Of a stretch of DNA of 61,040 bases, positions 19,573 through 29,119 are shown piece by piece. The position numbers and the translations under genes were made by a program. Below the pieces are notes generated by a model. That model saw only the letters and a program-made list of their open reading frames with translations. It ran no database searches and had not been told where the DNA came from. This stretch comes from Candidatus Undinarchaeota archaeon (lineage in GTDB: Archaea; Undinarchaeota; Undinarchaeia; Undinarchaeales; JALTGF01). The stretch is from positions 1 to 61,040 of the forward strand of contig CAZNLD010000006.1 in assembly GCA_964574035.1 (NCBI GenBank), written 5' to 3'. Position 1 is the first letter of the stretch. The number at the start of each line of letters is the position of its first letter.

Positions 19573-20643
19573 TCATAATGGGCCTTTAATGCTTATGGCT
19601 TTTATTTTCTTTTTGTCTTTTGTGGATTCTATTTCTAATCTGTGCTCTCCATGTTCGTGTCCCATTTCACGCATTTTTTTAATCGTTATCCCTCTTTTAC
19701 CTTTTCTGGTTCGTGTTAGGTGAATTATTCCATCTGATAAAAATTCTTGTTTTAATAATAATTTTTTATCCAATTCGCCTGCTTCTGCAATTATAAATGT
19801 TACAAGATTATAGTCTTCAAGATCTCTCATTAATTTAATTAATTCGTGTCTTACTTTTTTTTCTGGGCTAGGAACATTTCTGTCATGCATTTCTTCAACC
19901 ATTTTTATATAAAGCGCATGTAATGAATCTATACAAAGAACCCGGAAGTTATCTCCTTCGCTTTTTTTGTATTGTTCGATAATATTTTTCTTTATCATTA
20001 CTGGATAGTCTATAGTTGCTTTAGGCTCTACAGGTTCTGTTGATTCTAAAGGCCATACTTTTACTATGTAATCATGAGGGACTCCTTCTTTTCTTAGTTT
20101 ATTTCTTGCTTCATCTGGTTTTAAATCGGAACCTTTTTTTCCAAGTTCAACAATAATAATTTCATATGCTTTTTTTAGCAAAATAAATTTTTTGAATGAT
20201 TCGTCTTCTTCTTTTGGAAATTGTTTATCGATGATTTCTTTCAATTCCTTGTAATCCTTATTATGGTGTTTTTTCATTATTTTTTTGACAATTTTGAATC
20301 TGCTTTTATGTTCCTTTACCATTTTACCTATGTCCCAGATTTCAAATCCTGCTTTTTCTCCTTTCTGTAATTGTTTTGCAAACTTCATGTTTTTGATTGC
20401 TCTCTTCAAGCTGGGTTCTGTTTGTTCAAAAGTAGCATATACCACTGTACTATTATCCGTTATTTCTAACATTTTATCCATAAAAGATAAACAAATAGTT
20501 GTTTTTAGTGTCCCAGTTCCCCCTGTTATTGACATAATATATGGTGCTTCTATAAAATTTTTCTTAAATAGTTTTCCTAAACCGGGTAAAATTCCCTTAT
20601 TTTTTATTTTAAACGGAAACACAATTGCCATTTTTCTTATCAC
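19573..20643 (-). CDS. KaiC/RAD55-like RecA-superfamily ATPase
   Basis: ITGGTGTLKTT Walker A variant, YATFEQ, CIDSL Walker B, EFLSDGIIHL, IKKMR. Confidence 0.85.
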   Translation of the reverse strand: MIRKMAIVFPFKIKNKGILPGLGKLFKKNFIEAPYIMSITGGTGTLKTTICLSFMDKMLEITDNSTVVYATFEQTEPSLKRAIKNMKFAKQLQKGEKAGFEIWDIGKMVKEHKSRFKIVKKIMKKHHNKDYKELKEIIDKQFPKEEDESFKKFILLKKAYEIIIVELGKKGSDLKPDEARNKLRKEGVPHDYIVKVWPLESTEPVEPKATIDYPVMIKKNIIEQYKKSEGDNFRVLCIDSLHALYIKMVEEMHDRNVPSPEKKVRHELIKLMRDLEDYNLVTFIIAEAGELDKKLLLKQEFLSDGIIHLTRTRKGKRGITIKKMREMGHEHGEHRLEIESTKDKKKIKAISIKGPL

Positions 20644-20720
20644 TCTTATTTCTCTTTTCCTTATTATAAATACTTTTTCGAACCGAAAAATATAGATAAG
20701 CTCCCAGTAAACTTTTTAAT

Positions 20721-21860
20721 ATGCAGTCCCTCGACTCTCATCTAGATAAACTGGCATCCAGCATAAATCGGCTGGAAAAGAAGAGAACTATACTAGGGGA
20801 TAGTATCTGCGAAATCAAGGACCAGCTGCATTTTCCTTTCAAGGATACTGACATTTTAGAAGAAAATTTTGTTTCTGAAATTGAGCCGCATCCTCTTAAA
20901 AAGCTGAGAATTTCAGCAGTTGACGGCGGAGTAGTTCAAAGCAGATACCACGGCGCCAGTCTGGTTGTTGGAAGAGCTGCAGCCGTTGTTTTTGATTTCA
21001 AAGGGGGCGAATTGGTTGAAACGGACTATTATCCGGACACTTTTCCCGCTCCTATTCCAATTTCTTATTTAAACCCAATTACTTCAAGAGAATTCCTTGC
21101 AGGAACTTCAATTGAAAGGTCAAAACTTGAAATTTCAACTGCTTTCAAGGCCGTTGAAAAATACAAGCCGGATGTAATGCTTTTAGACGGCTCTGTTATA
21201 CCCCACGGAATGACAAGACCGGACAAAGATTCTGAAGTATATGAAAGCTATAAAGAGCTGATAAAAATGTATGTCAAATTATACGAAACTGCTCAGAAAA
21301 ACAATACTCTTCTTGCAGGCGTTGTTGAGGACAGCTCCGGATTAAGATTAACTAAACTTCTAAAAGAAAAGGTAGTTCCGGGAATAATTGAAAGTAATGA
21401 GTTTTCCAAGAAAATAAACAATGCATTAGAAAGCAGCAAGGACATTCTGGATAAAACCAACGACAGCAACACGATGTATCATATTTTGGATACAGGCGAA
21501 AGAAGCTGCGTCTTTACCTTTTCAAAGGACCCAAGAAAGCATAGAATCCTCCACGATTTAGACGACTGGGCTGAATCAATCAATTCATTTTACTTAAAAT
21601 CAGTTGAATTTGATAGACCTGTAAGGGTTGATTTCTTAAACAGGGGAAAAACAAAAGAAACAGCAGACAAAATTGCATCCGTTGTTTACGCTCTTTCCAG
21701 GCATAATGAGACATACGGCTGTCCATCTATTTTAATTGAAGCAGACGCCAGAGCTAAACTAAGTGAAAAAGACATGGAAATTGTCTATCAGAGGCTGAAA
21801 GACAAGGTAGGGGATGTTCCAAGCTTGTTCAAATTAAGGAGAGAATTCCGGCCGTTTTAA
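20721..21860 (+). CDS. nurA: DNA double-strand break repair nuclease NurA
   Basis: AVDGG, LLDGS, GVVEDS, YGCPSILIEADARAK; co-oriented with herA. Confidence 0.92.
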   Translation: MQSLDSHLDKLASSINRLEKKRTILGDSICEIKDQLHFPFKDTDILEENFVSEIEPHPLKKLRISAVDGGVVQSRYHGASLVVGRAAAVVFDFKGGELVETDYYPDTFPAPIPISYLNPITSREFLAGTSIERSKLEISTAFKAVEKYKPDVMLLDGSVIPHGMTRPDKDSEVYESYKELIKMYVKLYETAQKNNTLLAGVVEDSSGLRLTKLLKEKVVPGIIESNEFSKKINNALESSKDILDKTNDSNTMYHILDTGERSCVFTFSKDPRKHRILHDLDDWAESINSFYLKSVEFDRPVRVDFLNRGKTKETADKIASVVYALSRHNETYGCPSILIEADARAKLSEKDMEIVYQRLKDKVGDVPSLFKLRREFRPF

Positions 21861-21927
21861 TTGATGGTTAAAGGTAGATATTAGATGGTGAATGGTTCTG
21901 TCCATAGCTGACAGCTACTGATTGTTA

Positions 21928-21945
21928 TTAACTGGGTTGAGTTAA
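21928..21945. promoter_or_regulatory. TTAACT-N6-AGTTAA palindromic site (copy 1)
   Basis: TTAACTGGGTTGAGTTAA followed by a TATA-like ACTTATAA. Confidence 0.65.
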
Positions 21946-21981
21946 AAAATACTTATAAGCTCCTTTTTTGATTGTTTTCAT

Positions 21982-22332
21982 ATGCAGGATTTCAGAAAAT
22001 TGGACATATATAAAGAAGCAAAAGAGTTAGCTCTTAAAGTCTACACTATAACTTATCACTATCCGGATGAGGAAAAATATGGAATGACTCAACAATTAAG
22101 GAGAGCAGTTACATCTATTGGTGCAAATATAGCGGAAGGATCAGGAAGAAAAAGCAATCAGGATTTTTCCAGATTTTTGACAATGTCTTTAGGCTCAGTA
22201 AATGAGGCTAGATATTTCATAGAAATGTCAAAAGATCTAGATTATATCTCTGGAAGTGAATATGCCTTTCTTTCGAGAAAAATAAGAATTCTAGGCGGAA
22301 AAATTTACAATTTCATTCAGGCCATCAAATAA
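21982..22332 (+). CDS. four helix bundle protein (23S rRNA IVS / bAvd-like family)
   Basis: FRKLDIY, YPDEEKYGMTQQLRRAVTSIGANIAEGSGR, SLGSVNE. Confidence 0.93.
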   Translation: MQDFRKLDIYKEAKELALKVYTITYHYPDEEKYGMTQQLRRAVTSIGANIAEGSGRKSNQDFSRFLTMSLGSVNEARYFIEMSKDLDYISGSEYAFLSRKIRILGGKIYNFIQAIK

Positions 22333-22444
22333 TGTTTACTATTACCATTTACTATTAACTATTTACCATTTTTCACCATAAACCATTTATACCTCTCAAT
22401 CTATCCATTTACCATAAACCATAAACTATTAACCATATATCGAG

Positions 22445-23995
22445 GTGTTAAAACTGGATTTAGGTACAGTAATCAGTTCGGTTGAAGGTCCGAGTCCAAC
22501 AAATTTCTCATTTGTAGTCAAAGAGAACGGCATAAGTGTGAAGAGAGACCAGTTTGTCGAACTGGACACAGCTGAGGGCCTACTTATAGGCCGTGTGAGC
22601 GATGTTAGGAAAGCAAACCGCTATTTTGAGCGGGAAGAGTCTGTCAGAGAGTACGAAAAAAAGGGCAGCAATATGGAATCAATCTTTCCCGTTGACAGGT
22701 GGGAATTCACTGTTGGAGTAGTAAAACCGCTCGGCGTCTATGTAGAAGGCAAAAAAATGATGCTGAAACCGTCTTTTCCTCCTTCTCCGGGGTCAAAAGT
22801 AAGGCTGGCATCGGATGATTTTCTTAAAAAATTCCTTGGAATAGACAACGAGGGGCTTTATCTTGGTTCTATTGAACATCATAATGTAGATGTCAAGTTA
22901 AACTTAACCAATCTTCTTCAAAAACATTTTGCCATTCTGGCTATGTCCGGAGCTGGAAAGTCATATTTGACTTCTGTAGTTATTGAAGAGCTTCTCAACA
23001 GAAATAAAAAACAGGGAAGAGTTGGTATTGTATTAATTGACGTTCACGGAGAGTACACCAGTTTTGCAGAGCCGGTTAAAGCCGGGTCAGATAAGACTGA
23101 TTATTCGAAATCCTGCAGGGTTTTGAACGGAAGCAACATCAAGATTGGAGTTCCAAATTTAAGCGGGGGGCAGATATGCAGGCTTATTGGAGGACTTTCT
23201 TCCGTCCAGACAAGAGATTTAAAGAATAAAATCCGGCAGATTCAGAAGAAATTCAGAAAAGGCGGAGGCACTTATAATTTAATTGATATTGTTAAAGAAG
23301 TTGAAAGGTCGGACAAAATGAAATCCGCAACCAAAGACGCCCTAAAGAACTGGATTTTCAGTTTGAATGCAACAGGAGTATTTTCAGATGTTGATTATCC
23401 TTCAGTCAAAACAATTGTTAAACAGGGAAAGATGTCAATCATTGATTTAAGCAGTATAATCCGCAATAAGAAAAAACAGATAATTACCAGTTATATTGTA
23501 AGTAAATTGTTTAAAATGAGAAGAAACGGGGACATTCCGCCGTTCCTTTTAATTGTTGAGGAAGCCCATCAGTTCGTTCCGGAAGGCGTAAGTTCGGATT
23601 ATGCTCTTGCCAGAAGTATCATTGAAACAATTGCAAGAGAAGGCAGAAAGTTCCATGCATCCCTCTGTTTAATTTCTCAGAGACCGAAAAGGCTTTCAAC
23701 TACTGTTTTGTCTCAGTGCAATACGCATGTAATCATGAGAATAACTAATCCCTATGATTTAGATCATATTAAACAGAGTTCGGAAGGCATTACTTCTGAC
23801 ACCTTGGATGCAATTTCCAGTCTGCCCGTAGGAGAAGGACTTGTTGTAGGCGAGGCAGTCAATTATCCTGTTTTTGTCAAAATCAGAGAAAGAAATTCAC
23901 AACCCTCAACCAAAAGCAAAGGACTTGAAGATGCTGCAATTGAATTTGAAAGTAAGAGCGACAAGAAAGATAAAGATGCAGAGTCTTTTATGTGA
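22445..23995 (+). CDS. herA: HerA helicase/ATPase
   Basis: N-terminal HAS barrel, HFAILAMSGAGKS, DVHGEY, EEAHQF, IAREGRKF, SQRP. Confidence 0.94.
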   Translation: MLKLDLGTVISSVEGPSPTNFSFVVKENGISVKRDQFVELDTAEGLLIGRVSDVRKANRYFEREESVREYEKKGSNMESIFPVDRWEFTVGVVKPLGVYVEGKKMMLKPSFPPSPGSKVRLASDDFLKKFLGIDNEGLYLGSIEHHNVDVKLNLTNLLQKHFAILAMSGAGKSYLTSVVIEELLNRNKKQGRVGIVLIDVHGEYTSFAEPVKAGSDKTDYSKSCRVLNGSNIKIGVPNLSGGQICRLIGGLSSVQTRDLKNKIRQIQKKFRKGGGTYNLIDIVKEVERSDKMKSATKDALKNWIFSLNATGVFSDVDYPSVKTIVKQGKMSIIDLSSIIRNKKKQIITSYIVSKLFKMRRNGDIPPFLLIVEEAHQFVPEGVSSDYALARSIIETIAREGRKFHASLCLISQRPKRLSTTVLSQCNTHVIMRITNPYDLDHIKQSSEGITSDTLDAISSLPVGEGLVVGEAVNYPVFVKIRERNSQPSTKSKGLEDAAIEFESKSDKKDKDAESFM

Positions 23996-24790
23996 TTAAA
24001 CGGCCATCATCATTCTAAGTGTATTTCTGGCTCCAGGTCCTAAGGTTACTGTTAAAACAGCAAATTTCAAGAAGTTTTTGAAATTATTATCAGTTTCAGT
24101 AGTGTCAATTACATACAGGGCAAGCAGAACGACTCCAAATTTTAGAGGAAACATTATCCAGGGGCCGAAGACCCCAAATAAAAAGTCGGGAATTACATGC
24201 TTTTCTAAATATCCATAATAAGAGACTCCTATAAATGTTGAGGCGGCGTCAAACATTGCAGCCGACAGGACGAATATATTTATTCCTGAAAGAATGTCAG
24301 GATACATCTTTTTCACAGCAAGGAGCATTATTGCAATTGTTATGGTAATTGCCAGGATTTGAACCACAGGAGCTATCTGGGAAACTGTCAAATGCCTTCC
24401 AAAGTAAATTAGGAGAACTAAACCGGTTAAAAACACAGGTAAATCATAGTTGTATCTGTATGTTCTTTCAATTAATATCCCTGCAAGAAGAACAATAAAT
24501 GCAATACCGAATATGAGGAGATATATCAATGGAGATACAAAAACCGGACTTTTATACACTCCTGCATCTCTTAAAACTCTTAAAACAGATGCCAGCAGAA
24601 TGAAAGGAGTTAATGAAATAAAGAAGTTGAAGTCAATTTTAATTTCAAACTTTTTTAGAATTTTATATACTCCAAATACTCCGCCGACAAGAAGAAGAGC
24701 ATAAACTATAGTATTGTATATATTATAGGCTGCATCCCCTGCATACAGCGGGTTCAGGAAATACTGACTGATGAAAGCTTCTACTGCCAT
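23996..24790 (-). CDS. DUF63 family membrane protein
   Basis: YNIYNTIVYA, RVLRDAG, FDAASTFIG, YLEKHV, LGPGARNTLR. Confidence 0.85.
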   Translation of the reverse strand: MAVEAFISQYFLNPLYAGDAAYNIYNTIVYALLLVGGVFGVYKILKKFEIKIDFNFFISLTPFILLASVLRVLRDAGVYKSPVFVSPLIYLLIFGIAFIVLLAGILIERTYRYNYDLPVFLTGLVLLIYFGRHLTVSQIAPVVQILAITITIAIMLLAVKKMYPDILSGINIFVLSAAMFDAASTFIGVSYYGYLEKHVIPDFLFGVFGPWIMFPLKFGVVLLALYVIDTTETDNNFKNFLKFAVLTVTLGPGARNTLRMMMAV

Positions 24791-24824
24791 GATGAGTATC
24801 AGTTCCTTGCTTTAATAAATATTT

Positions 24825-27200
24825 CTAACTGCCTGGTTCTGAAATAAGCTCTACTCTCGTAGGTTCGTCCTGCTCTTTGTTCCTTTTCAGCTTGTATAAA
24901 TATCCGGATACTGAACTTTCTAATCGCTGTTCATGTGTAATCAAAAATATCTGGTTAATAATTTCAGGAAGTTGCTCTTTCAAAACTTCTGAAAGCTCTT
25001 CAATTGAATTTGTATCTAAATTATGTGTCGGCTCGTCTAAAATAAGCCAGCTTAAATTAGGGGCAAGAGCAAATGAAAATGCAATTCTCAAAGCAAGAGC
25101 TGCAAGAGTTCTCTCTCCTCCTGATGCAATTCCTTCAACTTCAGACCATCCGCTTACTGTATGAACTTTTAATACATAGTCTCTGTCTTCTATCATCAAT
25201 TTCAAAGAATCGAGGTCCTGATAGGGATACAATGTTCTCCAGATTTCAGACATAACTGTATTTGCATTTTTAACAAATTCTTCTCTTAAGCTTTCCTGAG
25301 TACTTTTCAAAGCTGTTTTGAAAATCTTGAGCTGGTTCTTTTTATCTTTTAGTTTTTCAATTTTTTCCTTTGTTTTTTTCAAAAGTTCTTCTTTCTCTTT
25401 AAGCTCTTTCAGCCTTTTTTCTTTTTCTGAATGCAGATTTTTCAGTCCTTTTAAGTCTGAAGAGAGCCCTTTTTCCTTTGCAGTCAGTTTGTTGAATTCT
25501 TTTTCCTTTTCTTTCAAATTGTCAACAATTTTCTTCTTCTTTTCAATTTTTGTTTTAAGCTCTTCAAGCTCTTCTTTCAGTTTTTTAATCTTATCTTTTA
25601 ATGAATAGTATTCAGAAATTTTCCTGAACTTTTCCAGTTTTTCTCTGAGTTCCTTTTTATCTTTTTCAGGAGTTTTCTCTTCAATTTCTTTTTTCAGATT
25701 TTCAATGTTTCCAGCCAGCTTTTTCTTTTCTTTTATTTTTTCAGTTCTAGACTTGGCTTTTTCAAGAATGAGGTTTGCTTTGGTTTTCAGTTCAGCTTCT
25801 TTCTCTTCTTCTTTTTCGACTTCTTCTTCTGCCTTTTCTAATTCTATCTGAACCTGATTTAGCTCTTCCTTTAGCTCTTTCTTTCTGTTTTCAATATTTT
25901 CAATATCTTCTTTATTCTCTGAAATTATGTCTTCCTTTTTCCTTACCCTTAATTCGCTTTTACAGGTAGGACATAAATCCCCAGTTTCAAGCTCCGAAAT
26001 TATATGTCTTGAGTATTCTTGTTTTGTCAAAAGAACCTCAAGTTTTCTTTCCTTTCTCGTTATCTCATTTTTCAGTTTTTCAACCTTTTCTTTCGGGCTT
26101 TGTTTTTCTGTTTCAGTTTTCTTTTTCAAGAGCTCCGAAACTCCTGAAACAGTCAGGTTTTCAATTTCTTCAATGTTTTTGTCAAAGCCATAGGAATTTA
26201 TTTCCGCCTCAATTTTTTCTATATTTTCTTTCAGGACTTCTTTCCTGCTTTTCAGAGATGCAAGCTTTTCTTTAAGCTCTGAAACCCGTTCAAGAGTTTC
26301 TTCCAGCTTTTCAATTTCTTTTTTAATTTTCTCCAGCCTGCTTTCAGCTTCTTCTTTAGTTAGTCCAACTTTGCCGTATTCTTCAAGTGTTTCCTTAATC
26401 TGAGAAATTTTTCCTTTAATGCTGTCCTTTTTTGACTGCAATTCTTTCAGGTTTTTTTCTGCTTTGTTGAGTTTTTCAACATCTCCTGAAAGTTTTTCTT
26501 TCTTTTCATTAAGTTCTGAAAGCTTCTTGGAAAGGGAATTGACGTCCTTTTTTAGTTTTTCAGTTTCTTCTTTCAACTCTTTAATTGCCTGTCTGTCTTT
26601 TTCAGTCAAAATTTCTTCAGACATCTCCTTTTTTGATTCAAGCTCCTGCCCAATTTTATTTGCAACTGTCGTAACTTTTTTTCTTGCAGATTCAAATTTA
26701 TCTATCTGAAGTAAATTATCAATCTTCTCCATTCTTCTGCCCTTCGGCATGGTTAGAAATTCGTCAATATTGTTCTGTTCAGCATAAATTGCTCTTGAAA
26801 AAACATCATAATTTGTCTGAAGTATTTTGCTTACATATTCAGTAACTGCCTGAGAATTTTCTGCTTCTAATAAGTCTCCGTTTTTCCTTATTTCAGCTCC
26901 TGAAGTGCCTTTTCCGTATTTTATTTCTCTTTTTACTGAATAAACTTCTTTGTTTCTGATAAACTCGACTTCAACTGATGCTTGTTTCGCCTGGTTGGGC
27001 TTGTTTCTGATAATTTCATCAATCTTTACTTTTCTCTGATTTAATGCAGGAAAAGTACCAAATAAAGCAAAACAAATCCCGTCAAGAACTGAGCTTTTCC
27101 CAGAGCCCATAATACCAAGAAGGGTATTAACTCCGCCGGAAAATTTAAATTCTGAATCTAAATGAGAGCGCCAGTTTTTCAGCCTTGTTTTTGTTATCAT
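24825..27200 (-). CDS. rad50: DNA double-strand break repair ATPase Rad50
   Basis: Walker A GIMGSGKSS, coiled coil with CPTC zinc hook, SGGE signature, ILDEPT, LITH. Confidence 0.94.
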   Translation of the reverse strand: MITKTRLKNWRSHLDSEFKFSGGVNTLLGIMGSGKSSVLDGICFALFGTFPALNQRKVKIDEIIRNKPNQAKQASVEVEFIRNKEVYSVKREIKYGKGTSGAEIRKNGDLLEAENSQAVTEYVSKILQTNYDVFSRAIYAEQNNIDEFLTMPKGRRMEKIDNLLQIDKFESARKKVTTVANKIGQELESKKEMSEEILTEKDRQAIKELKEETEKLKKDVNSLSKKLSELNEKKEKLSGDVEKLNKAEKNLKELQSKKDSIKGKISQIKETLEEYGKVGLTKEEAESRLEKIKKEIEKLEETLERVSELKEKLASLKSRKEVLKENIEKIEAEINSYGFDKNIEEIENLTVSGVSELLKKKTETEKQSPKEKVEKLKNEITRKERKLEVLLTKQEYSRHIISELETGDLCPTCKSELRVRKKEDIISENKEDIENIENRKKELKEELNQVQIELEKAEEEVEKEEEKEAELKTKANLILEKAKSRTEKIKEKKKLAGNIENLKKEIEEKTPEKDKKELREKLEKFRKISEYYSLKDKIKKLKEELEELKTKIEKKKKIVDNLKEKEKEFNKLTAKEKGLSSDLKGLKNLHSEKEKRLKELKEKEELLKKTKEKIEKLKDKKNQLKIFKTALKSTQESLREEFVKNANTVMSEIWRTLYPYQDLDSLKLMIEDRDYVLKVHTVSGWSEVEGIASGGERTLAALALRIAFSFALAPNLSWLILDEPTHNLDTNSIEELSEVLKEQLPEIINQIFLITHEQRLESSVSGYLYKLKRNKEQDEPTRVELISEPGS

Positions 27201-29119
27201 TATTTATTTTTGCTCTTCCTGTTCTTTTTGGATTTTTTAGAGTTCTTCTGTTTTTTCCCGTAAATATGAATAACTTCCCATAACATACCTGGTTCTCTGT
27301 CAATTTTAACATCAAATCCGTGCTTCCTAAATTTCTTTTTAATTTCTTTATTGCTGCTCAGCCATTTTTGCGTAGGCATTACTCTGAATACGTGGTCGTA
27401 GTCAACGAAATAGACCTTTCCCTTCGGTTTTATTCTTCGATTCAATTCGTGCAGAACTTTATCTGGCTCATTTAGATACCCAATCGTTCCAATAGATACG
27501 ACTCCATCCATTTTATCTATTGCTCTGTGGAACTCATGTCTTTTGGAAGGATCTTCAAGAAGGAATATTATATTTTTATGTACATTGTGCTTCTTTGCAT
27601 GTTTTTTTGCAAAATTCAAGCTTCCCATTGAAATTTCTGTTGCATGAACTTTCCCTTTTTCTCCCACTTCTTTTGCAAGTTCTACTGCCATATTTCCTGT
27701 ACTGCATCCGAAATCAAGTATTTTTTTGCCTTTGAGCTCTCCGAGATGCGTTTTAATTTGTTTTCTTATTTTCTTGGGAACCCACATATCATATGTGTAG
27801 TGCATGAAGAAGTCAGAAATGTCAATGAACTCTTTTACAATTTTAGGTTTTGTTGACAGTGCCATTAAGTAGTACATTGGAAGCCCAAGCAGTATGAAAA
27901 ACCCTCCCATAATTATTATGTCCAGTTCAATATGGGTCATTAAAGTAAGAAGAAGTACTGTTATGAGCAAGGGAAGTATCGTTCCAAAAGGAACTTTAAA
28001 AGTCCTTTCTGCAGTCGGCTTGCTTATTCTGAGTTTTGCAACCGGCAGGATTGCTCCTATAATATACATGACTATAGCCAGAGGAAGGAGCACTTTCAAT
28101 AGGAGGAAGTAGGAGCCTGAAAGCAGAATTAATGAAGTCAATACAGTCTGAAGAATAATCGCATTTACTGGTGTTTTATATTTATGATGGACTTTGCTGA
28201 AAGTTTTTGGAAGAAGCCCGTCTCTTGACAGTGCAAAAATAAGTCTTGGAGTTGTAATTATCCAGGCGGTAGCTCCGCCGATTATATTCAGGAATATCAA
28301 AATGGCTACAAAATTAATTAGTGCAGGCGGCATGAATACCTGAGCTGCCTTAACTAATGGAGATTCAGATGCGGCAATTGTCTCCCAGGGGAGAACGCCA
28401 AGAACGACTGCGACAATTGCTATTGCAAACAGAACGACGCAGATTGTTCCATATATCATTGCCTTCGGAATAACTTTTTTTGGATTTTTTGTTTCTTCAG
28501 ATAAATATGAAACAGTCTCCCAGCCGAAGAAAGTTTCTAAAATGAAGACCATTGCTATGAAAATTTTGCCGGCTGGTACATTGAACACATTAATCAGCTG
28601 GCTTACATTTACTGAATATACTCCCCAGCTTATTAGAAACCAGAGAGCCAGAATTGTTGCAACAGCAAAGACGAGAAGGACTTTTATACTTAAATCAATC
28701 CCTCTGATGTTTACCAAATTCATTCCTACAACAAATGCAATGGCAATAATTATTCGAATATGATTTGGAATTGGAACTATTTCTGCCAGATAGCTGAAGC
28801 TTCCTACTACCAGCATTGCTACTGTTATATTGGCTACAATCCAGCCCGTCCATCCTGTTATGAATCCGGTTGTTTCTCCGAATGCATTTTTTGCATATTC
28901 ATATACTCCTCCGCATTTCGGGTATATACTTGAGAGTTCAGCAAAACACATTGCTATAAATATAGAAACTATACTGACTAAAATCCAAGAAATTATAGAC
29001 GCATTCCCTGCAACTCCTGCTGCTATAGCCGGAACGAAAAATATGCCTGTTCCAATAATTGCATTAATTGCAAGCAGGAGCAAAGGGCCGAATTTAATAT
29101 CTCTTTTAAGATCACTCAT
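27200..29119 (-). CDS. APC-family amino acid permease fused to a class I SAM-dependent methyltransferase-like domain
   Basis: IIGTGIF, FAELSS, GGVYEY, GWE...EE.KNP, ALSRDGLLP; C-terminal ILDFGCSTG motif I and LHELNRRIKPKG. Confidence 0.85.
   Translation of the reverse strand: MSDLKRDIKFGPLLLLAINAIIGTGIFFVPAIAAGVAGNASIISWILVSIVSIFIAMCFAELSSIYPKCGGVYEYAKNAFGETTGFITGWTGWIVANITVAMLVVGSFSYLAEIVPIPNHIRIIIAIAFVVGMNLVNIRGIDLSIKVLLVFAVATILALWFLISWGVYSVNVSQLINVFNVPAGKIFIAMVFILETFFGWETVSYLSEETKNPKKVIPKAMIYGTICVVLFAIAIVAVVLGVLPWETIAASESPLVKAAQVFMPPALINFVAILIFLNIIGGATAWIITTPRLIFALSRDGLLPKTFSKVHHKYKTPVNAIILQTVLTSLILLSGSYFLLLKVLLPLAIVMYIIGAILPVAKLRISKPTAERTFKVPFGTILPLLITVLLLTLMTHIELDIIIMGGFFILLGLPMYYLMALSTKPKIVKEFIDISDFFMHYTYDMWVPKKIRKQIKTHLGELKGKKILDFGCSTGNMAVELAKEVGEKGKVHATEISMGSLNFAKKHAKKHNVHKNIIFLLEDPSKRHEFHRAIDKMDGVVSIGTIGYLNEPDKVLHELNRRIKPKGKVYFVDYDHVFRVMPTQKWLSSNKEIKKKFRKHGFDVKIDREPGMLWEVIHIYGKKQKNSKKSKKNRKSKNK

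Larger units (their letters stand above)
21863..22437. mobile_element. heptamer-flanked element enclosing a four-helix-bundle gene (putative)
   Basis: Left flank of ATGGTTA-type 7-mers plus core CATAGCTGACAGCT; right flank of complementary TACCATT/AACCATA 7-mers; sits between nurA and herA. Confidence 0.55.

Noticed and set aside
21982-22332. Diversity-generating retroelement
   Set aside because: The protein is bAvd-like, but the window has no reverse transcriptase and no TR/VR pair with adenine-specific mismatches; the 84-bp repeat has only one mismatch
22445-23995. HerA as an anti-phage (Sir2-HerA type) system
   Set aside because: Context with nurA, mre11 and rad50 indicates the housekeeping DNA end-resection machinery
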